A stretch of DNA of 64,000 nt from Entomortierella parvispora E1425 (Eukaryota > Fungi > Mortierellomycota), in contig BQFW01000006.1 of the NCBI GenBank assembly GCA_020891255.1, forward strand, positions 372,001 through 436,000, given 5' to 3'. Each line of letters starts with the position of its first letter. Within the stretch, counting starts at the first letter, position 1. Below the pieces are notes generated by a model. The model saw only the letters and a program-made list of their open reading frames with translations. It was not told the origin of the DNA and did not search any database. Below are positions 11,128 through 24,844 of this stretch, piece after piece. Position numbers and translations under genes: made by a program.

Positions 11128-14100
11128 TCAGGAATGTGAGGGACGGAGTCTGATGGTCAAGGTCCCAGCCATTCTAAACGAGCAGAACAAAGAAAACAAA
11201 AATGTCAATATCATTTGGTGCACGTCGATCGTTAGCATTAACCGACTCCAACGTTTCGGTTAGACTTACAAGCCAAACCGGGACGAATGTGAAGACGCGA
11301 CTATTACATCGGTTTTACCGTCCAGGTTCAAATCAGCGATTAATAGCTGAGAGCCGAATCGACCTCTAAAGTCGGTTCCAATATAACATTGGCGGATCCT
11401 TTCCTGTGGGCTATCATCACCATCGTCATCGTCACCGTCACCAGCGCCTTGGCGATTATCCATATGGATAGACTGTCGTCCTCGAATGGCAACCACTCTA
11501 GAGGTGTCCTGCCGGGGCAAAAACTGGACGTTTGCTAGCCCAGGTTCTCTGTCGTGGTCAATATTTGGAACCCATTCTAAAATCCTACCGGCCTCGGCCT
11601 TGGCGTAGGGCTCTGTCAACCAGAGTGTTTGCCCGTCGGTCGAGATACCCATTGCAGCGGAAAGATGGGCCATTGACTGTGAGCCATGCATGGAGTCAAG
11701 AACTACTTTAGGCTCAGCATCCAGCTCGGAGATCTTGAAATCGAACTCGGAAGAACCGTCGATCTGCAGGAGACTGGAGATATTGAGGATGCGAACCACC
11801 CCGGCTTGCCAAGCGCGCCCGACTCTGGGAAGAGTATTGAGGACGTCCTCGGATTGGGAACCAACTACAAGGAGTTCCTGCAGAGACCCAGTCGATTCGA
11901 TCGGATACACGTAGGATGCGAGAGTGGATCCCACCTGTTGGAACTTGGAATCACCATGTATGGTAAATAACGAATGGAACCTTAAGTGCTTGTCTGAATG
12001 TGGGATCCTGAACCCTTGGATCCTGCCTCTCATTGCTTCTTGCTCACCTTCTCCAAGTGAGGGTGAGCCAACTATAAGAATCCGCTCATTCTGATACTGA
12101 ATGCCTTTCCATATGCTATATGACAAATGACTTGACTGAATGGGAGAGGCGGGAACAAGGGTCTGAAGTGTGGTGATGGAGGCGCCAAACCAACCGTAAG
12201 GGTCGCATCCTTTCAACTCCCAGTCTCGAGAAGAGTCTAACTTTTCTCCTTGGTGGCGGGAAGATGCGAGAAACACTAGCACTTTGCCCGCTTGCGGCTT
12301 GAATTGATTTCTAGATTCGACATCGTCCCTTAGCTCAGGGCCACGATCCGTACTACAAGATTCTGAACTTTCAACTCGAACGGTTGCCATCGGTAGACCA
12401 AGAACAAGATCCTTGAACCCGGATCCTGTAAGATCCAAACCGCGAACAACATAGCCCAGTCCGGCCAACGAATCTATTCCTAAAGGAATCTTTCCTTCGG
12501 TGAGGGTATCATGCCTGAGTACAAGGTCCGGTTGTTCCGAAAGACCTTCTCCAGCGCGTCCAAAGTAGACAAAGACAGACCCGTCGTACCGCAAGTCTTC
12601 TGCCCCAACTCCAGGAGCACCAATGGCAAGATCGTCGACACCATCCTGATTCAAATCCACGACGGCAATTGACCAGCCGAATCTTGACTGAGGCTCTGCT
12701 GACGGTCCATGGAAGGTTCTTGTCGCAATAGTTCTCACATCAATACCATCTTTTTCTGGATCATTCCAATACTCGGAGGTTCCGTCATTAGAGTCTAAAA
12801 AGAGAGACTGCACGGGTATAATGTAAACTGAGCCTTGAGAAGGAATGAGCGGATTAAGGGTTGCATGAGGGGCCGCAATAGCGAGCTCCATTTGACCGTC
12901 GCCATCAAAATCACCAGTGACAACAGAGTGACCAAAGGAAGAGTAAGGCTTAGGCAAAAAGATTGTCCGGGTCTCTTCAGTTTCTGTGTCATCTGTGAAA
13001 GAGAGGCAGACATTGGAACCCCTTTGACGGTGATGGCTGAGATGGCGCAACGTCTTTTGGAATATACGTTGAGGAGACCAACTGCTTGTTTCCTGTTTGA
13101 GAGAAGGCGCTGCACGATGTCTTTGCTGTCTCGGCATGAAATCCTTTGCGTTCACTTTCCCAAGAACTTCTGAATTTTGTTTTTCAGGCTCAACGATTGA
13201 AAATGTAACAATTCCTGTCACTTTGTCCGTGTCGGTTATAATCTGAAAACCTGCATGCTGCAACAGACTCTGCGCCGATGCATCTGCTCCCAAGCGTCTA
13301 TGATCATGACGAAGCTGATTCTGCTTGCTATGTCTCGTAGAGTTTGTTGGTTTCTCCCGTTTACGCTCTTCCCAGAGAGCATAGCAGAGATTGAAGGAGT
13401 TGGTTGTGTTGCTGCGATCGTTGTCGTTGCTGCTTCTACTTGGTGATGGCACGTTTGGAAGAGGTAAATCTTGATCCAAGTATCGAGCAAGTCCATTCCA
13501 GCAATTGATAGTCCACTCTGCCATGTCTCTGAGTCCGCCCATCGGATAGTTTTCCGCCTGCTCGACCAAAAATGGAGACTTTTGAGAATGTAGGCTAAAG
13601 ATATTAGTTTATCATTTTACTTCAAGGGAGTTACGCGGGAATGACGCATGTTGACCCACCTTGGAAGCATAGACCGGAAAGAGCTGGCTGCCGAGTCGTG
13701 CGTTGGCTTGCGCTCCAGCAAAGCCATTTCTCATGCAGTGTGACAACACTGGGCCAGGCACAAAATAACCCATGCGCTGGTAAATGGCGGTGATATCTTT
13801 AACCGGCACCTTCCATGAGACCTACAGTTGTGACCAACACGTAAATTAATACGTTGGTGCGGATACTGCGTAAATTAGCGCAGCAGGATGTGGTGGCGCC
13901 TTTCTTTTTCATTTCCCAGAAGGGTAAAGGCAGCAAAACATACTACCAGGTGATCCATCTTGCTCATGTGGCTGCAGCGAGGACCGTGGGGGCATAACCG
14001 ATGTGGTAATTGAACAGCAGTTAGAGTGAGGCAACATCGGGATACATAGTTGACTGTGCCCATTGATCGCTACCTGAGGACAAACTCGGCCCCAATGTCT

Positions 14101-14949
14101 GCCAAAGTGTGGCCTTTGCTGTTATCTCCTGCAAAGCTTGTGTAGGCTAACGCACGAATAAAACCATTATCTAGGCCGCGGAGGGCATGCCAGGACAGGT
14201 CTCCCAGGGAATGAGAAACTGTCCCAAAGAGAAAGGTAACGAGGTCCTAAAAACACAGCAAAGAACAAAATAAGTTTAGCAGGGCAGGTCGGTCTGCGTG
14301 CTTGTCACAATCTGTGTCTTCATATTTTCGGGAGCCTGTTCTCTACCTTTGCATGCTCTGTCCATGGCTGTGGGTAGGTTTCTAGAATGTAACGGATTGC
14401 AGCCTCTGCGAAAGGGGGCCAGTGTGCCTGTGTATCGCACACAAGGTGGAAAAGAGAGCCGAGCAAACAGTTAGAAGGTCCGTCCTCTCACTGAAGTTCC
14501 TAGCTAGACGACGTGTTCAGTGCGCTCTCATGGTGCACAAGAGCAGACAGTACCTCTTCTGCAGCCTCGTTCCACAGCTTGCCAATGCAGTTGTACCCCC
14601 AGTCTGGAAAGAAACTGCCAGCAAAAAGTGAGTCTTTTCTCTCCAATAGCGGTCCATACGACAGCAACCTCGAGGGATCCGCAGCTTTGTCAGAGTCCCG
14701 AGCATGTGAATGTGAATGTGAATGTGAATGCGAATGCTGAGGCGGTGCATGGGAAGAGAGAGGAGAGGTGGAGGCTGATGAGGAACCACCAGTTTGAAGC
14801 AGGATTTGACTAGCACGAAAAGCGATCTCGTTGTGAATAGTGACACCGCAAGCGTGAACCGGGTTCCCGACTTGGCCGAGCCAGAGCCAGAGGATGGCAA
14901 CGACAGCAACAAAGGACAGGGGTGCCGGGGGAAGGCCTGTCAGTTGCAT
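11128..14949 (-). CDS. GPLD1: GPI-specific phospholipase D (signal peptide, Zn-dependent catalytic domain, FG-GAP beta-propeller); multi-exon
   Basis: Signal peptide then CGVTIHNEIAFRA, AGSFFPDWGY, AHWPPFAEAAIRYI and FLFGTVSHSLGDLSWH (GPLD1 catalytic motifs) in successive exons; FG-GAP repeats (GDFDGDGQMELAIAAP, VDLNQDGVDDLAIGAPG, DLNLDGKTDVIVAS); last exon 11128-11173 after intron 11174-11269. Confidence 0.9.
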
Positions 14950-15038
14950 GTGGGTAGAAGGTTAGGGGGGGAGGGGGAAGGGGGAGGTACTACCGAGAGT
15001 GTGAGGAAAGGTAGAGAATGACAAGAAGTGAATAGAAG

Positions 15039-15150
15039 GAGAGAAGTGAGGGAAAGAAGTCAAGAAAAGAAGTGAAGGAAAGAAGTGAAGGAAAGAAGTG
15101 GAGGAAAGATGCGAAGGAAAGAAGCGAAGCAAAGAAGTGAAGGAAAGAAG
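15039..15150. repeat. Purine-rich degenerate 13-bp minisatellite (AAAGAAGTGAAGG), about 8 copies, upstream of GPLD1
   Basis: Directly visible. Confidence 0.75.
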
Positions 15151-17185
15151 AAAAGGGCAGAGGCCAGTGGCCAACCAGTCTCAGCCGTCTTTCTGCATGC
15201 ATTGCAATTCATTGCATGGTCATCCGCCATCTCATGCTCTGGCTCATGCTCAATGGCATGCACGGTGCTGCTCCTGCAGGTGGGCACTCCACTCGGTGCT
15301 GCTCAACGGGAATGCTTCGAATGCCCGCGTGTCTGCCTGTTCTCCCCCTGAGCAAGCTCGCCCGCCTGTCCAGTCGTTTCAAGCCCCCTTTTGCCTCCTT
15401 TCCTTCTTTGCAATGGTGTCAGTCTAGCCCTGTCAATCCCCATTGGGTGAGTCCAAGGTTGTCTTGCCCCTCGCTCCCCGCCCTCTGCCTCCACCATAAT
15501 CCATCAACGTGGACATATTCACTTTCGATGGGAGCAACATGGCTCTGTCCACGGGTCGTGTCGTGAGGACAACAACAAGGCAACAACAACAATCTGAGCA
15601 GCACGAACGCGTCGTCGCGCTCTTTGCGGATTGGGCAGGCTCATCGAACCATTGATGGCACGGATACATCGTGGCGCGTGGACAGCGAACGTGCAGAGGT
15701 GAATGACTGGGAGGAGGGGGGTGCTTCTGGCAAACCCGAAGATCTCTGAGAGAGGCTGTCATAGAAGCATGTGCCATTTCATATGCTCCATCCAGGCTTG
15801 AAGATCTATCTCGGTGGTCCCGCCTCTGAAGAGAAAACTGTCCAAGTTGAAGGCGCACCTGAATCTTCAGAGATATCCTCTTTGGAATCGCCATTATCGG
15901 GTATAGCCATACAAAGGACAGAACGAACAAGTGGAATTGGATTGTGAGGCCCAATGGATCTGAGAACGTAATTGTAGAAGCACTGATGTAAAGGGGAGCT
16001 GGACAAGCGTGATGCTAAAAATGACCAGGTCAAACGACCGCCCTGGTCAATTGACCTTGACAGACAGGAAAATAAGGCTGTGCCCAATTGAATTAACTCA
16101 TTGCATCTTTGGCTGCAGTGGCGTTGCTTTCTGCCGATAAGACCTGCTCCCATTCTGGAGAACCATCAATTCGTTTTCAAACCCCTCCTGCAACTACCAC
16201 GTCCACAGGTACGTCAGACAAACTTCCAGGATCTCCTGGAATAGTCCTGGCCTAAAGAAGGAAGCCTCGAACAAAGGAAGTAGGCTCTTCACCGACGCCG
16301 AGGCACGGGCGACTCTCTTGTCGCAAATCGAGGAGATAACGCCCACCTGTGCACCACGGGAGGGGGAGGTATGCTCGGCTTGCCTCTTCAAGGAGTATCA
16401 GTGGTCGTGTGCGGATTTTCTCACAAGAAACCAACTGAAGTTCGCAGATATTGTGAACATGGTATCTTTGATGGGGGTATTCATGCTCGAGACCAACCGA
16501 AAGAATGAAATCGACTTTTCAAACGGATGCTCCTCAAGCATCCATCAAATTGGGTGCGATCACAGCTGCTGAGTAGGACACCGTTGATTATGATGAGGAC
16601 TTACCAATGAAAACCGTCAAGGTACACTCAACTCCTGTTGCTCGTTTGTTGGCGATCCCTAATTTTTCTCTTTATTATCTAGTTACGTAGTCATATAGTT
16701 ATGTTTGCAAGACCGGATGACATGGTGGCAGTTCTTGTCCCTATGAACAATTACCACAGACCCATCCGCATACTGCTCGAAACACTGTAAGGTCCAAATA
16801 TTGGTTCATGATGCAGCACTGTGATGAGAATGTTGGTTGAAGCTAGAAAACCCGACCAACCCCACTTTACGACAATAGTAGGAGTTTTCTAGCCCTAGCG
16901 CCCAGCTCACAGTGGAAGAACCACTGGGATCTATTCCGTGATGTACACTACGGAAAAGTCAGCACCGCTCTTTCAGCATTTATGAAGTTGGGACATATAT
17001 GAGACTAGGAACCGAAACGCGAGGGATATATATCCTACACGAGGTTAGCAAGTTCACGATGCCAACAACCATTGCCACAGTCCTCTTATGGATTGCAACT
17101 TTATCAACCCTGTTGGTTGCAAAGGTTGGTAGATTACTTTTCATACGCGAGCGCCAGAAAACAGAAGTACACAGACAACCAATGA

Positions 17186-17452
17186 AAAAAAGGACATGTC
17201 AGGGCGAAAAGGAGGTTCAATAGGATGGCCGAGCTCATCCGGGTCCACGGAGCCGTGCAACCTGTGAATCCGGGCTGCATCTCTTTCCAGAAAGGACATG
17301 CCGATCGTGGACGCGACTCGAATGCAGCTGTCAACATCGCGGTTGCAGGTTTTGAGCAGCGTACGTCGGAGAGTCGGACCACCCACCATCGATTTGATGC
17401 CCAGAAACCGAAGCGGTCGCTGCCCCCAGCACGCACTTGCAATAAGGAGTAG
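17186..17452 (+). pseudogene. Fanzor/TnpB-like RuvC nuclease C-terminal remnant
   Basis: Open frame reads RVHGAVQPVNPGCISFQKGHADRGRDSNAAVNIAVAG; RD-x-NAA-x-NI (17312-17338) is the TnpB/Fanzor RuvC-III motif, preceded by a decayed zinc-ribbon half (PVNPGC); the upstream part is missing or degraded. Confidence 0.55.
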
Positions 17453-17832
17453 GCAACTCTCACAAAAAGACACAGGATTTCCTAAGCAATAAAGGTCGTG
17501 AACCATTCATCGAGGGCTTGATGAGCCACAATCACTTTGATGCAGCCATTGTCCCCCTTGGCCACAACGCGTCTTGGAGGTAGAGTTGTTATTGTCTCTT
17601 TCTCTCTCCCTTACTTTAATTTATCACTCTACGGTGGCTTAGAGGCACATCCACGACAATGATGCTCGCGAGAGCGCGTTCTCATTGTTTCCCAAAGTTG
17701 ACAGAGCGCAGACTCGCGACCCCTGTTTCCTATTGATCGCTCTCCTCTTTTCATCCCTCCCTCTCTCTTCCCCACTTTCGTCATCATCACAGCCGAGATA
17801 ACAGCGGAGGACTTTCACCACATCCACTTCCA

Positions 17833-20800
17833 ATGCCTGGCCAATTCGAACTGGATGAGGAGCTGAGCAACGTCCAGCAGGACTCTGTTCACATCTCGAG
17901 GGAAATCTCCATTGAAGGAGAAAATCAAAAGACTCTCGACCGGATCCTGAATGGTGCGACCACATCGTCCTCACCTCTTTCCACTGCTATTGCTCGGTTT
18001 TTATTGTCATTGCTGACCGCGTTCTCGCTTCATTAGACATTGTGGATTCCATCCAAGAGTCATCGGGCAACATTACAGACAGCACCATCTTTGACCAAAT
18101 CAGGAGTTTCATCAAGTAAAAAAAAATGGAGTTCACTTTTGTCACAATCCCTTTCATCTTCTCAACACACAGTATTAATCTCGGGGACAACTTTCTAGGC
18201 ACTTCAACACTCTTAAACTCCAAACTGCCTCCAAAGTCTGGGACATTGTGTTGTCAGGTATGATTTTTTTAAGGACGACTGCTTCTTTTGTGCGTGTGAC
18301 GGAACTTACAGAAACATCATCTCTATTGTAGGATTCAACTCGGAAATCTCTTCAACTTCTCAGGATCTAGACATCAATGACCAGGATGTGTATATGCAAC
18401 ATCGGGAACCATTGGAGATGTACGGTTTCTTAATTTTTTGGCTTATCAGTGTTACTGAGCAAAAGGCAACATCCCGAGCCGCTACAATAGACAAGGCAGG
18501 AAAAGCTGTGGTTAGTGAATTTCTTGGCATGCTGGAATCGAATGTGCCGATTTGTGTGAGTTGCAACTCACAGGATATGGTGATTTACTTGATTCAATAG
18601 CGAGGCAGAGGCGCCAAGGCAAACAAAGACGCTGAAAACGCAGAGGAAGGAACATCTACATGGACAGCGGAGAAGCAAAAGGCCATGGATATGATGAGCA
18701 GATGCTTGGAGCTTCACCTCTCAAAGATTTGGACTGCAACGCACGAGAAGGAGACATTTGTCAGCTTGTCCTTCAAACCAGCATATCAGATTTTGGAAAA
18801 CAAGGCCAACATCAAAATTCAAGCATTGAAGCAGCGAGTTTACAAAGTCCTGTGCATATGCATCAAAAATCACAACCATGAGTTTGGTATGTCACAGTTT
18901 TGTCTGGCTTGCTGGATGTAGATCTTTCGCTAAAGGGATAAGCAACTCGTTATTGACTTCACTTTTCTTAATTCCTGAACAGGCGCTAGAACCACCATCC
19001 TTCAGAATCTTCAGTACTGGGAACACACGCCAGAGCCAATGGCGGAACTTTTGGAGATGTTAATCAACGATTTCGACTTCTCGCAGCTTGCGGACAGTAT
19101 CTTGCGAGATGTCAGCTCCAAGGAATTTGATGAGACAGTCAAGGATGTCAGTGTTCCTCGAGCTTTTGCCAAGTTCCTAGTCAAACTCTCTGAGGTTGCC
19201 CCAAAGATAGTCCTCAAACAAATGGGTCTTTTGATCGATCATCTTGATGGAGAGGTAAGTTTGATGATATATCAGAGACCACCCCTCTGCTTTAAGTGGT
19301 GTCAGGAACTAACTGTGAACTCATAACTACATTATATGTAGTCCTACACCATGCGTCAGGCCATTATTGATGTAATTGGAAACCTCATCACATATCTTTC
19401 AGAGGTCGAGCAGACGGAGCAAGTCAAGAACCAAATCGATGGATTCTTCGACATCTTGGAGGAGCGCTTCATGGATACAAACTCTTATGTGCGGACAAAA
19501 CTCTTACAGATTGCCTGCAATCTTTGCGACCTCCGTGTAAAGTTCCCAAAACGGCGACAGAGACTGACCGAACTCGTGATTGGAAGGCTGTCAGACAAAA
19601 GCTTCTGGACTCGCAAGCAGGCTATTAAGACACTTATTCGCATGATTGAGACCCATCCATACTCGATGCACGGAGGCGAACTCGACCTGGAGGAATGGGA
19701 GGTACAATACACAGAGGTTACCGACGAACTTAAGGCAATGATTACAAAGCCTTCTAAGAGACGGGCTGCCATGGGCGAAAGTATGGACTTGGATGCGCCA
19801 GAGGGCGTGGAAGATGACGACGACAAGGACATTTCACTTCCAACCGATGAGGAATTGCTGGTCTTGCAGTCCTCAAAGGAGTATGTTACAAAGACACTTC
19901 AACAGCGATACTATGCTGATGCTATCCGATTCATTCATCTTATTCATCGCTCCGTGCCTGTCATGTGCGAGCTGTTGGCATCCACCATGAAGCTCGAGGT
20001 CATTGAGGCGATGGAATTCTTTGTCACCATTCATCGCTACAAAGTTCGGGTGGCCAGTGTAAGTTCATACACATTTCTTTGTAAATGTCAACCCTTCAGA
20101 ATGAATACTAAACATAAAGTAAATTTAATAGGAGGGAATCCGTAAAATGATTCATCTGGTCTGGATGAAAGACAACGGCGACGAAGCAAAGAGCGTGCGT
20201 ACTCGACTGATGGAGTGCTATTGGCAAATCTATCTTGCACCCGATGACGGCTTGACTGAGAAAGAGAACACTGCCCTGGTGGCGAGAAACCTCGTCAGGT
20301 ATTATGTCTTAATATCTGCGTATTAACAAACAACAGCTGAAATCGCATTGCTAACGTGGATTGTGCCCTGTGTAATCAATAGTCTCACCTATGGAAGCAC
20401 TCTGGCAGAACTAACGTCTTTGGAGCAATTACTGAGCACAATTGTTGCCGACTCTGCGGCCCAAGCAAGCGACATTACTATCTCAGATGAGGTTGTGGAG
20501 AAACTGTGGCAAGTGTATAGTCACCACAAAGACATTCCCAACCCTCAGCGCCGCGGAGCAATTATTATTCTCGGCATGCTCGCTAAAGCGAAACCGGATA
20601 TTGTGGCTCAAAAAATCGACATCATTTTGAAGATTGGACTTGGCAAGCACGGAAAGGCCGATCTTGCTCTTGCCCGTTACTCCTGTATCGCACTGCAGCG
20701 TATCGCTGGAGAGAAGAAGAAGCAGAAGGGCGTTATTGGACAAGATACTGTGCGCCTCCCCATGGACCATCCGATTTTCACAAAGCTGGGAAATTTAATC

Positions 20801-23184
20801 GATTCACCGACCACATCAAAGAACTGGTACGTCTAAAATCAAGATATCATTAGAATGACGAACGATAGAATACCTGAACTTACACTGAGTTTCATCCTAG
20901 GTTTGCGGTGGCGGAGCAAGCTCTGAACACCATTTATCTCCTTGGCGAGCACCCCGATGTCCTCTGTGGGGATATCATCAAAACAAGATGCAAAACAATT
21001 TTTAATTTGACTGAATCTAAGGATTCGCCAGAGGAGCAGATCACTGCGGATCTTACCCAAAGCTCTCAAAGTGAAGACCCGACCATGAACTTCGACCAAG
21101 CGTTTGTTATCGACTCCTGGAAGCTGAGCCAGCTACTCTTCATTGTGGGCCATGTTGCAATCAAGCACATTGTACATATGGAGGTAATTGAGGAAGAATT
21201 CAAGCGTCGCAAGGCTGCCGCCGGCAGTGACAAAAAGAAGGACAAGGACAGCGCCGTGGACGATGAACTGGACCAGGTCGTAGGAACAACTGAAGACGAG
21301 TTTGGTGATGCTATGGCGCATATTCGAGAGCGAGAGTTGCTCTTTGGAGAAGGCAGCTTGCTCCAAGTTTTCGGACCGCTCATCATCACCATTTGTGGCA
21401 ACAATACCCTTTACTCAGTAAGACTAATGTGGTTTTAAGGTGGTAAAAAGCCTGCCTCTTGTTACATGTACACTGACAAACGAATTGCTTGATTGTTTAG
21501 GATAAAACTCTTCAGAGTTCAGCAACTCTTGCGCTATGCAAGCTAATGTGCATCTCTGCAGAATTTTGCGAACACAACCTTCAGCTTCTGTTTACGATCT
21601 TGGAGAAGTCGAACGAACCTGCAATTCGATCCAACATCATTATTGCCCTGGGAGACATGGCTGTTTGCTTCAACAACCTCATTGATGCGAACATTACATA
21701 TTTGTATAAGCGACTATCCGACTCTGATGCTGCCGTCAAAAAGAATACGCTTATGGTCCTTACACATTTGATTCTCAACGGCATGGTCAAGGTCAAGGGC
21801 CAGCTTGGAGAGATGGCGATCTGCTTGGTGGACGAGGATGCCCGTATCAGTGATCTTGCTAGACTGTTCTTTACAGAATTGACAAGCAAAGACAATGCAG
21901 TGTACAACAACATGCCCGATATCATTTCTCACCTGTCAAATGCCAAGATCGATGAGGATTCTTACAGGAAGATCATGCGATTCCTCTTTGAACTCATCAA
22001 AGACAAGACCATGGACTCTATGATCGAGAAATTGTGTCAGCGATTCAAGAATACTGATGAAGAGAGAGGATGGAGAGATATTGCATTCTGCCTTTCCATG
22101 CTGCCGTTCAAGACCGAGAAGAGCTTCAAGAAACTATTGGAAGGATTCCCGAACTATCAGGACAAGGTGCACGAAGAGGCAGTGTTCAAGTACCTCACAG
22201 ATATCATTGCTAAGGTAAGATTTTCGACGATGGTCAATTGAGTCGACTTTTAGGATATGGATCATGTAATAACCTATTTTTCTTATGAATCGATATCGTT
22301 AATAGGGTCGATCTATCAAACCGCCAAAACCAGAAATGAAGCCAATTATGGATGAGTTTGAAAACAAGCTGAAGGAATTCAAAGCCAAGGGTGATGAGGT
22401 CCAGGAGACGGAAAGTAAGGCTATGACAGCAGTCAAGAAGGGTGGACGGAGAGGTGGACGGAAGGCTGGAAGCGCATTGGCCGGACTAAAGGTGAAGGGC
22501 GTTCCTGAACAATCAGTAGAAGCGAAGAAGAAACCTCGTGGATCCAAGAGACTTGATCTGGACCAGGAGGAGGAGGATGAAGAGGAGGAGACGAACGATA
22601 ATGACATGCAGGACGTCCAAGAATCTACTATGGAGATTGCTGAAGTGGAAATGGAGAGCAGCATGGAGAAATTAGCTGTACGAGACCCACAGCCACGAAG
22701 CACAAATTCCCGTCAGAGATCAAACAGAGCGCGTGGCGGACACAAGGAGTTTGATCTTGATGCCACTCTGGAGGATGAGGAGGACGATGAGGAAGAAGAG
22801 GATGATCAAAAGGTTACTGACGAAGCCCCAAAGACGTCCAAGAGGACACAGCCATCCAAAAGCAAAGCAGCCCCGAAGAAGACTTCGAGCTCCCGTGCTA
22901 AATCATCTGGTCGTCAAAAAGCCTCCAAGAAATCAAAGTGGTCAGACGAAGATGAAGAAGACGACGAAGAAGACTATGATGTGAGGATGTCTAGCGAAGA
23001 TGGTGACGAGGTGCCATCAAAGTCCCAGGCGAAGAGATCACGCGACAACCACGGCAAGTCAAGGTCGACAAGAGAACCATCTGAGGATCGGCAGTTGGCG
23101 CCGCCTCGCGCGAAGCGCGCAGCAGCGTCCAAGCAGAGGCGGATCATATCGGACGATGACGATGACGATGACGATGAAGAGTAG
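17833..23184 (+). CDS. CND1: Condensin complex subunit 1 (Cnd1/Ycs4/NCAPD2), multi-exon, with long acidic/basic C-terminal tail
   Basis: Exon ORFs with Cnd1 motifs: IRSNIIIALGDMAVCFNNLID, VKKNTLMVLTHLILNGMVKVKGQLGEMA, VYNNMPDIISHLS, DTNSYVRTK, RELLFGEGSLLQVFGPL; GT-AG junctions between ORFs; internal exon boundaries not all fixed. Confidence 0.93.
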
Positions 23185-23397
23185 TTACATACAGCATCAT
23201 GGAATGCTACACGTGATTAAAGTTTTTCTGGTGTGGTTGTTGACCCAAACGCAGATGCATGCATCAGATGCACACACATTCCCTACACCTTTGTTTTTTT
23301 TTTGCACCAAACGTCTCACTACATAAAAAAAATCTCGCGCCAAACCAAAAGATCTACAGAAACGCGAGACTTGACACGAGTCACATAACTTTCAACC

Positions 23398-24844
23398 ATG
23401 CCCCCTGTGCCAGAGTCGTTCGACCACTCTAGGATCGACTTTCACCGATACTATTTCTATGCTACCACTCTCAACGTGCCGCCGCTCCTAATCATGTTTC
23501 CCTTCCGGACAGTAAGACTTGTTCAGCAAAGCAAGTCCAGCACACCCGTCTCAACTTCTGTTTTCAAGGTGATGCGCGACGTGCGGCATCGAAGTGGCTT
23601 TAGAGCCCTCTATGCAGGATCCACCATTTTCACCACAGGGGTAACCGCTACAAAAATCCTACAGTTTGCTACGTATGACTACACGGCGCAAACGATCAAA
23701 GAGCACCACTACTTTGGATACCCAATTCTACAGAACTCTCGCGTGTTAAGTGGCGTCCTAGGCTCCTTTTCGGCCGTCGTCACCACATTTTTCATTGTGC
23801 CGTTCGACATGGTATGTGGTGCTACCTTTTCTCGTTTGTATCAGTATTCTGTAATACCAACCGCGTCACTTGCTAAATTGTCTGCCACCTTGCCCAACTC
23901 CAACATAGATCTCGCAACAGATCACCATCGCCAAGGCAGGGTCGTTACCGAATGCCTCTAATATACCCCTCTATGTAACAGGATCATTTGAACCTTTGGA
24001 GAGGGCACCACCCATGACGATTTACGAATCACTGCGATCACAGTTCAAACAGGAAGGGCTACGCTTTCTTTTCCGAGGGTACTATGCCACATTACTGGCC
24101 ACAGCTCCGTTCTTTGCGGCATACTTTCCAGCATATGAGATCGCAAGAGTGTGGGTCAAGGACAAGATTGACTATATGCGAGAGATTCAAGCAGCCAGAC
24201 GACCAAACCCAAACCCCTTTCCGCCACTAAAGTCTCATCAATTTCTCATTTCGTCCATTGCGGGAAGCTTTGCCTCGTTGGCGGCCGTCTTGGTTTCGTC
24301 CCCCTGTGATATGGTCAAAACACGAATCCAGACAGAGCAGCGATTACAACCCACCAATGGATCAGGCATCAAACTGCCACTGCCCTCTCTGAAATGGATG
24401 GACGTGTTCAAGGAGATCTGGAAGAAGGAAGGACCCATGGCTTTTTTTTCTGGTACTAAAGCTCGAGCCATCTTGGCGGTCCCAGGAGGAGCCTTGAACT
24501 TTATCATCTTTGATTATGTTCGATGCAAGAGCTTGAAAGAGGTGCCGCCTATGGCCCCAATCCAAGCAGAGAGATCGGTCATGTTTGCGACCTTGTTTGC
24601 GCTCGACAAGCAGTTTAATGAGACAACAGAAATGCCCATGGATGTCGATTCCCTGCCACAACAGAGTGTAATGTTGCAAACGGATAACCACCCAGAACCA
24701 GAGGAATGGATACCGGTGCCATTACCTGGGAAGCCGCGAGTGGCTCGTCAACCTATCAACACCTCAAAACCGTCTTTACAGAAATATGCCTCCTCACCAA
24801 ATCCAAAGGAACTGCCGTCATTCTTGCTTGAACAAGACAATTAG
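23398..24844 (+). CDS. Mitochondrial carrier family protein (SLC25A44-like); 2 exons
   Basis: Three carrier repeats with signature-like PFRTVR, PFDM|ISQQ and PCDMVKTRIQ; GT-AG intron 23812-23908 joins the two ORFs in frame. Confidence 0.85.

Noticed and set aside
15200-16572. Cluster of short ORFs on both strands, possibly a degraded F-box/LRR-type gene
   Set aside because: Multiple stops in every frame and no motif I can identify with confidence
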